From Gemmatimonadota bacterium (GTDB lineage Bacteria > Latescibacterota > UBA2968): a DNA stretch of 64,000 nt. Below, piece by piece: positions 57,427 through 64,000 of this stretch; within the stretch, counting starts at the first letter, position 1; every line of letters begins with the position of its first letter. The notes beneath the pieces are model-generated. The model did no database searches. It had not been told where the DNA came from and worked only from the letters and a program-made list of their open reading frames with translations. Both the position numbers and the translations under genes were made by a program. Location: contig JAPPAB010000099.1 of the NCBI GenBank assembly GCA_026705765.1, forward strand, positions 14,833-78,832, given 5' to 3'.

Positions 57427-57639
57427 AGCGGAGCGCAAGGCCCGCTCTTTCGGCGGATGTGGAGTAATGGCCGCCTGGGGGATAATGCTATCATAGTCAA
57501 CGCTGTGCGCGATATAATCAAATCCTGCGCCCGCGACGCCGGGGTTGACGGCTATATCTTCGGGCACTCGCTCCGGGTTGGATCCGCTCAAGGCCTAGCC
57601 GAAAAAGGCGCAATAGCCCGCCTCAAATATGGTCACTAA
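57427..57639 (+). pseudogene. Truncated tyrosine-integrase remnant (internal HxxR region only)
   Basis: DNAIIVNAVRDIIKSCARDAGVDGYIFGHSLRVGSAQGLAEKGA aligns with KDALGITAIRDMIKDVAEKAQIDVTGISGHSFRVGTAQTLVEKKA of the intact integrase at 54547. The N-terminal domains and catalytic Tyr are missing. Confidence 0.65.
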
Positions 57640-57692
57640 ATGCCCCCTTTTCGGTAACACCTAAACTTTCAGGCTCACGATCTGGAGAAAAC

Positions 57693-57983
57693 ATGTCAAA
57701 ATCTAAACGTCCGGTCGGGCGGCCAAAGACAACCGACCTTGTAACGTTCTCCATAAAGATACCTCGCAAGCTACAAGCCCAACTCGACAAGGCCGCTGGT
57801 AACTCGCTCGATAGCCGAAATATGATCATCAGGCGAGTACTCGAGCAATACTTCAATGGCGAATTGTCCAGGGCTGATTTGACGCCGCTTGATTATGGAC
57901 ACAGTATCAACTTTGATGCACCGGCGGTACGGCGAGAAGTGCCGCACCAGCACCCACAGGAGAAATTGTCTTACAGCGAATAG
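57693..57983 (+). CDS. Ribbon-helix-helix (CopG/Arc-like) DNA-binding protein with N-terminal AT-hook-like RPVGRPK
   Basis: TFSIKIPRKLQAQLDKAAG...SRNMIIRRVLEQYF fits the RHH beta-strand plus two helices. Confidence 0.5.
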   Translation: MSKSKRPVGRPKTTDLVTFSIKIPRKLQAQLDKAAGNSLDSRNMIIRRVLEQYFNGELSRADLTPLDYGHSINFDAPAVRREVPHQHPQEKLSYSE

Positions 57984-58186
57984 ACCCGCCCGCGCCCGCG
58001 CTCGAATACAAAAAAACAGCCCGTTGGTCTTAACCGATCGACGGGCTATTTGTTTGTGCGAATCTTCAGCTTTTCAGGCACAAACATAATGGAGAGCAGG
58101 AAAAAAGCCCCAGTGAGTGCCGACACACTCACCAGGGCAAAACAATGCACACCTTGACAGGTGCATCACCACGAAAGGAGATCTCG

Positions 58187-58639
58187 ATGGAGAACGCAAC
58201 AGAAAAACCGACCGACAAACAACGCGCTTTGCTCAACAAGCTGATGTTGTCAAGCACGTTCACCGCGGAAGAAGCACACCGTACTGCCATTTGGATGAAT
58301 AGCCCGCGAGCTACGAGGGACAAAGCCACCGAGATAATCGACAATGCAATGGCGAGAATCAAAAAGCGTGACGGCGACAAAAAAGCCAGTGCCGACCGCA
58401 AGGCCGAGTATCACGCCAATAAAGCCAATGGCGAAGGCGAATATCCCCCCAAACGGTACAGCCAGGACCATCCCCCGCCCAACGGGAAATCGACCGCAGA
58501 CACCCCACCAGAAACAACGCCAGATCCCCCACCAGTTCGCAAAGCCGAAAATGAGGGCAAAATCTACGTCATTAACGGCATCGAATACACCAATCCCAAT
58601 GAGGCTGCCGCCGCTGCATCCAAAGCCATCTTCGGGTAA
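58187..58639 (+). CDS. Hypothetical protein (Pro/Thr-rich linker)
   Basis: ORF starting MENATEKPTDKQRALL, with a charged N-terminal region and a low-complexity middle. Confidence 0.4.
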   Translation: MENATEKPTDKQRALLNKLMLSSTFTAEEAHRTAIWMNSPRATRDKATEIIDNAMARIKKRDGDKKASADRKAEYHANKANGEGEYPPKRYSQDHPPPNGKSTADTPPETTPDPPPVRKAENEGKIYVINGIEYTNPNEAAAAASKAIFG

Positions 58640-58663
58640 CACAACCAATAGGAGACCCCCTCG

Positions 58664-59362
58664 ATGTATAAGATCAATGGCGTGTACGAAATTGAGCAAC
58701 CCGTTTATAAAATCCAGAAGACTGGAGCCGAGAGTTTGCCAGATGATGAGCTTCTTGCCCTCGTTCTCCGAATGCCCCAACGCAATGGTAGCGACGTGCT
58801 GGCGAAGTGCCGCGCTTTTCTCAAAAAGAACCCCATCGACAAACTCGCAGACTTTCAGCTTGAACATCCGCCCGGGCAAATCATCGACCGCAGACTCGAA
58901 GGGAATGATCTGACCAAATCCCAACAAATCACCCTGCAAGCCGTACTCGAGTTTTCCCGTCGTGTGCTTAATCAGGGCATGGGGATAGATAAGCCGGTCA
59001 CGTCGCCCGCGGAAGTCTTGCCAGAGCTTCGCCACATCCGCGACCTCAAGCAAGAGCATTTTGTCACGATCTTTCTGAATGCCAGGAACCAGGTCATAAA
59101 GACCGAGACAATCAGCATCGGATCCCTCAACGCGAGTCTTGTGCATCCGAGAGAAGTGTTTGCGCCAGCCGTTGGGATAAGCGCGGCCAGTGTGATACTC
59201 GGACACAACCACCCCTCTGGCGATGTAACGCCCTCTCGTGAGGACATCGAGCTTACGCGCCGGATGGTTCAGGCTGGCGAGATAATGGGGATCGAGGTGG
59301 TCGATCACCTCATCATCGGATCCGAGCGGTTCATCAGCATGAAGGAAGCGAATGTTTTCTAA
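58664..59362 (+). CDS. radC: RadC-like JAB/JAMM domain protein
   Basis: LGHNHPSGDVTPSREDIELT JAMM motif (HxHxxxxxxxxxxS..D) in the C-terminal half. Confidence 0.8.
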   Translation: MYKINGVYEIEQPVYKIQKTGAESLPDDELLALVLRMPQRNGSDVLAKCRAFLKKNPIDKLADFQLEHPPGQIIDRRLEGNDLTKSQQITLQAVLEFSRRVLNQGMGIDKPVTSPAEVLPELRHIRDLKQEHFVTIFLNARNQVIKTETISIGSLNASLVHPREVFAPAVGISAASVILGHNHPSGDVTPSREDIELTRRMVQAGEIMGIEVVDHLIIGSERFISMKEANVF

Positions 59363-59422
59363 TCCACCTGGGCGGCCCGCGCGGTCGCCCAATCACCCCC
59401 AACAGAAAGGACGTGCAAAACA

Positions 59423-59608
59423 ATGTGGGTAGAAAGCCGCCAGCGGCTGATTGCTCTTGAGAGCAGAGACATCAAGCTGGAATGCCGCGAGATCGTCTTC
59501 GACAATGGCCGCAACATCGAGGTCGTGCGCTATCCATCACCACAAGCCGCCGCCGTCCGGTATAACGCCATAGTCCAACGCCTCACAGAAAGCGGCCTGA
59601 TCATCTAA
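59423..59608 (+). CDS. Small hypothetical protein, paralogue of 60394..60600
   Basis: MWVESRQRLIALESRDIKLECREIVFDNGRNIEVVRYPS versus MWLQNGRRLLALEGRDISLTGRDIVFEGNTRNTEVVRYPS. Confidence 0.5.
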   Translation: MWVESRQRLIALESRDIKLECREIVFDNGRNIEVVRYPSPQAAAVRYNAIVQRLTESGLII

Positions 59609-59642
59609 CTCCCCAACGCAAGCGTAGAAAGGAACCCCACCA

Positions 59643-59879
59643 ATGCCAGAATATGAGGCCGCGCCGCCAGAGATCGCCGAGGCGATTGAGATAGCTACGC
59701 CCGTAGAAACCACCACCAACCACACACCGGAAAAGTTCGTTGTCCGTCTGAAGTTCTTCGGATTGGTCACGCTCAAGCCCGAGGATTTTGTGAAACGGCT
59801 TGAGGAATTGTGTCAGGAGTTCACCGAGTCCAAAGAGGAATACAGCTTCAGTTGGGATACAGACTTTGCCGCGGAATAA
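59643..59879 (+). CDS. Small hypothetical protein, paralogue of 60214..60390
   Basis: FVVRLKFFGLVTLKPEDFVKRLEELCQEFT versus LTVKLKLSGQVARRQAFVKHLDRLCQTFT. Confidence 0.45.
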   Translation: MPEYEAAPPEIAEAIEIATPVETTTNHTPEKFVVRLKFFGLVTLKPEDFVKRLEELCQEFTESKEEYSFSWDTDFAAE

Positions 59880-59933
59880 CCCCAATCATCTGGGCGACTT
59901 CGAGAGTTGCCCACATCCAACAGGAGAACCACA

Positions 59934-60203
59934 ATGTCACAGCCAGAGATCACGTTTAGGCATGGGCTATGCTCGGCCTCGATCTACGAGAATGAATACA
60001 CACGCGGAGAGGAAAAATTCACTGTCCGCACTGTCACGTTTCAGCGCAGTTACCTGGACAAAGACGGCAACTGGCAGACCACCAACAGCTTGAAGGTGAA
60101 CGATATACCGAAGGCCATCCTCGTTTTGCAAAAATCGTACGAATTTCTCACATCGAACAGCATGGCCGATGTGGGCGCCGATGCTGAATTTGATGGCGAA
60201 TAG
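59934..60203 (+). CDS. Small hypothetical protein
   Basis: MSQPEITFRHGLCSASIYENEYTRGEEKFTVRTVTFQRSYLDKDGNWQTT, about 90 aa. Confidence 0.4.
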   Translation: MSQPEITFRHGLCSASIYENEYTRGEEKFTVRTVTFQRSYLDKDGNWQTTNSLKVNDIPKAILVLQKSYEFLTSNSMADVGADAEFDGE

Positions 60204-60213
60204 GGAGACATCA

Positions 60214-60390
60214 ATGGCAAAAGAAAAGGTAACACCTGCCGCGCCTGACGGCCTCACAGTGAAGCTGAAACTCTCGGGACAGGTCGCCAGGCGCCAGGCG
60301 TTTGTCAAGCACCTCGATAGGCTCTGCCAGACGTTCACAAATGGCCGTGTGGTCTGCTCAATGACTCACGCGCCCAACGAAAGGAACTAA
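60214..60390 (+). CDS. Small hypothetical protein (paralogue of 59643..59879)
   Basis: Begins MAKEKVTPAAPDGLTVKLKLSGQ within the ORF listed from 60169. Confidence 0.4.
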   Translation: MAKEKVTPAAPDGLTVKLKLSGQVARRQAFVKHLDRLCQTFTNGRVVCSMTHAPNERN

Positions 60391-60393
60391 ACA

Positions 60394-60600
60394 ATGTGGC
60401 TTCAGAATGGCCGCCGGTTACTGGCACTTGAGGGGCGCGACATCTCCCTGACAGGACGGGATATTGTCTTTGAAGGTAATACCCGCAACACGGAGGTCGT
60501 GCGATACCCTTCATCCAAAGCCGCCAGTGAGCAATTCAGCACGATCATAAAGGCTATTGGAGAGGATCGAATCATCATTCAGGACTTCGAGGACGAGTAA
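60394..60600 (+). CDS. Small hypothetical protein (paralogue of 59423..59608)
   Basis: Paralogous similarity (aligned under 59423..59608). Confidence 0.5.
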   Translation: MWLQNGRRLLALEGRDISLTGRDIVFEGNTRNTEVVRYPSSKAASEQFSTIIKAIGEDRIIIQDFEDE

Positions 60601-60657
60601 CCACCAGGGCGGCCCCAGTGGTCGCCCATAACCCCCAACCATTGAAAGGAATATCCA

Positions 60658-61404
60658 ATGGAAGCAATCAGCGCAGAAACCGCTCTACTGCCAGAGGTCG
60701 ATGTTGAGGCTATCGTTGGCGAGTGCTATGTACCGTTCCCCCAGGACGTGATAAAGATTCGCCAGGATGCAGGAACCGGCAACAAGCCGCTCTCGTATGT
60801 CGGGCATCCCGAATATACCCGCCGTCTGGATCGAATGTTTCCCTTCGCCTGGGACTTCCGTACCGAAGTGGTCGGCCTTACCGATACCACTGTGGGCGTG
60901 AAAGGGTCGCTGAGCATAACGCTCGAAGATGGTCGAGTAATCACCAGAGAGAACTACGGGCACGGCAACATAAATCGTGGGTTTCCCCTGGGCGATGCAA
61001 TGAAAACCGCCTGTGTCGATGCGCTCAAAAAGTGCTGTTCGATGTTCGGTATTGGTCTGCATCTCTACGACGGAGACGACGACAACGCCAGCCGCGCCAG
61101 CAACGGACGGCATCACAACGGGCACAACGACGACCCGCTTTCTGACCCCGGCCATGACTGGATAGACGACCCTAACCCGCCACCGCGCGAGCAGGGGCCA
61201 GAACGTTATGAGGTAGGGCCTGGAGAAGCGGCCACCTCAAAGCAGATCGTCGCCTTGCAGAACATCGCCAAGTCCTCAAAGACGGATGGCGACCTTGCCG
61301 ACGAGATTAACCGCAAGTTGAAGACTCCCCCCAAAGATGGCGAGGTGCGTATCACCAAAAAGGAAGCATCAGACCTCATAAGCCGCGCATTTGGGGAGAA
61401 ATAG
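60658..61404 (+). CDS. Rad52/Sak-type single-strand annealing protein
   Basis: GHPEYTRRLDRMF, VGVKGSLSITLEDG and ALKKCCSMFGIGLHLY (GIGxxLY-type) motifs typical of Rad52-family phage SSAPs; acidic/Asn-rich C-terminal tail. Confidence 0.65.
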   Translation: MEAISAETALLPEVDVEAIVGECYVPFPQDVIKIRQDAGTGNKPLSYVGHPEYTRRLDRMFPFAWDFRTEVVGLTDTTVGVKGSLSITLEDGRVITRENYGHGNINRGFPLGDAMKTACVDALKKCCSMFGIGLHLYDGDDDNASRASNGRHHNGHNDDPLSDPGHDWIDDPNPPPREQGPERYEVGPGEAATSKQIVALQNIAKSSKTDGDLADEINRKLKTPPKDGEVRITKKEASDLISRAFGEK

Positions 61405-61554
61405 AGGATTGGATGCGTCTGGGAGCGATTATTTGAAAAGTGCCTGGGGGAGACACTTGTTAATCGCTCTCAGAACGCTTAACATGAAGTGTTTCGTAGC
61501 TTTTGCGTACATCTCGACCTTCAGGCGCGGAGCAAGGCCCACTGTGGAGGGGAT

Positions 61555-62007
61555 ATGAAAAAACACTGGGGAGTTATTGCAATTTTTGTGCTGGTGATTG
61601 CATTGGGAATGATAGGCGAGTCCAAAAGGTTCCTGGGCGACAATGCGCCTGTTGAAGTTTCGCAGGTGACGACGGGCGAGAAGATGCTGGAAAAATTACT
61701 CGTGGATGCGTACGAGAAACACGCCGCCCTGCCTGTCTTTAAGACGCTTTACGAAGGTTCGGATGCAAAGGTGAAATTTCATTCGTATCGGAACAGAATT
61801 GTTGAAAGACTCAGAGAACCCAACAGGCTGGTTCACGGGGATCCGCCCTTCAATCAGGGCGCGAAATATGCCTATTGGTTCATCGAGATTAACGGACGTA
61901 AGCACACTGTCAGTTTGTCTTTGCGTGGCGTGAGCGCCCATTATCGAAAGCAAGGCATCACCCCCATCATCGACTTCTCTTTGAGGCAAGGTCACGATAC
62001 CTTTTAA
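61555..62007 (+). CDS. Hypothetical membrane-anchored protein
   Basis: N-terminal transmembrane helix WGVIAIFVLVIALGMI; no recognisable domain. Confidence 0.4.
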   Translation: MKKHWGVIAIFVLVIALGMIGESKRFLGDNAPVEVSQVTTGEKMLEKLLVDAYEKHAALPVFKTLYEGSDAKVKFHSYRNRIVERLREPNRLVHGDPPFNQGAKYAYWFIEINGRKHTVSLSLRGVSAHYRKQGITPIIDFSLRQGHDTF

Positions 62008-62078
62008 TTTGGTGTTACTCCGAACACGACCCCAACGATCGGGGAGAATATGTCAACAATCAAAAGAAGGAATACCGC

Positions 62079-63980
62079 ATGCGTATAGGTGCAGTAGTAA
62101 CAATGCTATTGGTAGGGATCGTCACCCAGTCGTGCAGGATTGAGATGCCGTCGCTGGTCGAGTTAATGATACGGGACTTCAAGCCGGGAACGGGAGTTCG
62201 GTTTCCGTCAATCTATGACCTCGGCAAAAGCAGGGCCGTTGCTCTACAAAGTGGCTTCAAGGACACACTGATCATTGCCGATGATCCAACTACAGGTCAC
62301 GGCAAAGCGATGAAAGACATATTCATAAACACTGGCGTATCCGATAGAAATATCTTGTTTGTAGAGCGCTTCGGCTACGTGGATCTGATTGGGAATGTAG
62401 GTCTGAGAGAGCTCATTTCAAATGAACAGGAGAATCTGCGGAATGCAACAAGGGTGGTGCATATACCACGACGTACGCCGCTTGATACGTCTGAAGACCC
62501 GGCCAGATTAAGAAGCACTGATAACATCCTGTTTATCTTATCCGCTGGCAATACATATTCTGTAGATTCAACATACATCACCGATCAAAGAGAAGCTGAT
62601 CGTGACCTCTACAACAAAAATCATCAGCACTGGAGGGACGGAAATTACGAATTCTTGTTGGAAGTGCGAAACACCAACAAAGTCCTCTGGGCTACCAGCG
62701 CTCACATAACCAGAACGCATGATATTGAACCGAACAGGAATGTCGTCTCATGTGGAGACATCAAAGAGAATTGCTTCACAATAATACCAGGACAATACAC
62801 CTCTGACGCCTCTGCCCGTCTCTCCGCTATGGCATTCTACCTCTCACAACTTTATCCGACTGAGGAAGAAGTACGGGAGACACTGGAAGTCTGCGCGGTC
62901 GATATAGGCGAACCCGGCATTGACCGAGAATACGGAAGGGGACTCGCCAACCTCTTATGCCCTCGCATCCTGGAAAAAGAGCTAAGTATCGTTTCACAGT
63001 ACCTGCAAAAAGAAGGGGAGACGTTCACGCCAAAAGGAGGGGTACTGACAGGCACTTGGGAGGCGAAGGGTAGCGCACTAAAGGTGTATATGCCGCTCGC
63101 ACTCGAAGAAACGCTTCAGCCGCAATACAGCGGCACTGTGAACGGCAAGATCACCTTCAAAGCCGACAGCGATAGCGTCACGGCTAACTTCCGAGCAGAG
63201 GCAGACATAGAGGCGACGTTTCTGATGTCGATAACGGCAACGGCAAAGGATACCCTGAAGGGTGCAGGTACTTACAGCACCTCCCCGGCAACAGTGCTTA
63301 CCCTCAAGACAGGGGAGAACACCTCTCGATCATATACCTACACGGCAACAGAAGACTCACTCCATCTTGTTCACTCACTTACGCTGAACGAAATGCTGGC
63401 ACTTTTGTCTGGACCGATAGGAGACCTTGCAGATACAGTCACCAAAGACCTGTTTGCCAGCAATCCCATTCAGATCAAAATGAGTTTTGCAAAGAGGCCA
63501 GAGCCAAAGGCGCCGAGTATGCCCCAGAATGTGCGACAGGCAGGTGTGACCGCAACGACAATCACTCTGCAATGGGATCCGCCAGCGGATGATGTGCCCG
63601 TATTCGCATACCACATCGTCCGCTATACGGACAACTCCTGCACAGACATTGCTGAGTCCAAAGGCAGCGCAGAGCAGCGCGTCCTTTTCACTGACCTTGT
63701 TGCAGACACGGAGTATTACTTCAGCGTCCAGGGAGCCAACCTTAGCGGCTGGAGTCCACAGAGTAGCTGTATAACAGTGAGAACGCAAAAGACGCTTCTC
63801 CCTGCTGATTTCAACAGTGATGGTATTGTCAATATCCCTGATTTCCTGCTCTTTGTTGATGTGTTTGGCACACGAGAAGGGGATCAAAACTTCGATGCCC
63901 GTATGGATCTCGACGGCAACGGCATTGTCGGCATAGAAGACTTTCTCATCTTCACCGCCGCCTTTGGTCAGACTGCATAA
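62079..63980 (+). CDS. Secreted/lipoprotein-like protein with a C-terminal fibronectin-III domain, two dockerin-like calcium-binding repeats, and an N-terminal region with weak subtilase-like motifs
   Basis: FN3 (TATTITLQWDPP...YYFSVQGANLSGWSP). Dockerin-like DFNSDGIVNIPDFLLF and DLDGNGIVGIEDFLIF. N-terminal SAGN and GHG segments are only vaguely S8-like. Confidence 0.5.
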   Translation: MRIGAVVTMLLVGIVTQSCRIEMPSLVELMIRDFKPGTGVRFPSIYDLGKSRAVALQSGFKDTLIIADDPTTGHGKAMKDIFINTGVSDRNILFVERFGYVDLIGNVGLRELISNEQENLRNATRVVHIPRRTPLDTSEDPARLRSTDNILFILSAGNTYSVDSTYITDQREADRDLYNKNHQHWRDGNYEFLLEVRNTNKVLWATSAHITRTHDIEPNRNVVSCGDIKENCFTIIPGQYTSDASARLSAMAFYLSQLYPTEEEVRETLEVCAVDIGEPGIDREYGRGLANLLCPRILEKELSIVSQYLQKEGETFTPKGGVLTGTWEAKGSALKVYMPLALEETLQPQYSGTVNGKITFKADSDSVTANFRAEADIEATFLMSITATAKDTLKGAGTYSTSPATVLTLKTGENTSRSYTYTATEDSLHLVHSLTLNEMLALLSGPIGDLADTVTKDLFASNPIQIKMSFAKRPEPKAPSMPQNVRQAGVTATTITLQWDPPADDVPVFAYHIVRYTDNSCTDIAESKGSAEQRVLFTDLVADTEYYFSVQGANLSGWSPQSSCITVRTQKTLLPADFNSDGIVNIPDFLLFVDVFGTREGDQNFDARMDLDGNGIVGIEDFLIFTAAFGQTA

Positions 63981-64000
63981 ACCCGTACTCGAGAACACAA

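Overview
This is a high-GC (about 57-60%) bacterial chromosomal segment with two compositionally distinct inserts. Core genes point to a polysaccharide-degrading organism: two formylglycine-type sulfatases, a large glycoside hydrolase, a PL6-like beta-helix lyase, a carbohydrate esterase, a Gfo/Idh/MocA oxidoreductase, an aldehyde dehydrogenase, and an enolase-superfamily/BKACE pair. Housekeeping genes include QueA, leucyl aminopeptidase PepA, HtrA/DegP, a DsbD-like protein, a FloA-NfeD pair, gamma-glutamyltransferase (GGT), a fused MFS/spermidine synthase, tRNA-Leu(CAA) and tRNA-Met(CAT). The first insert (about 15.1-18.2 kb, roughly 45-48% GC) carries an XRE regulator, four copies of a promoter/operator-like repeat, a UPF0175/PIN-like toxin-antitoxin pair, two paralogous 58- and 62-aa proteins with a duplication scar, and a stand-alone DprA/LOG-like SLOG domain protein. 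I consider this the best candidate for an undescribed conflict or defence module. The second insert (50.6 kb to the window end, about 50% GC with a roughly 30-38% GC core) is an integrative, phage-like element next to tRNA-Met. It carries a large serine recombinase that overlaps the tRNA, a tyrosine integrase, an integrase remnant, RHH, RadC and Rad52-type SSAP genes, duplicated small genes, and a very AT-rich two-gene cargo of unknown function. There is also an orphan McrB-family AAA+ protein and a DUF433/DUF5615 pair near the window start, and a Mur-ligase(FolC)-ATP-grasp fusion. No CRISPR array or rRNA was seen. All functional calls rest on motif and architecture recognition by eye, without database searches.
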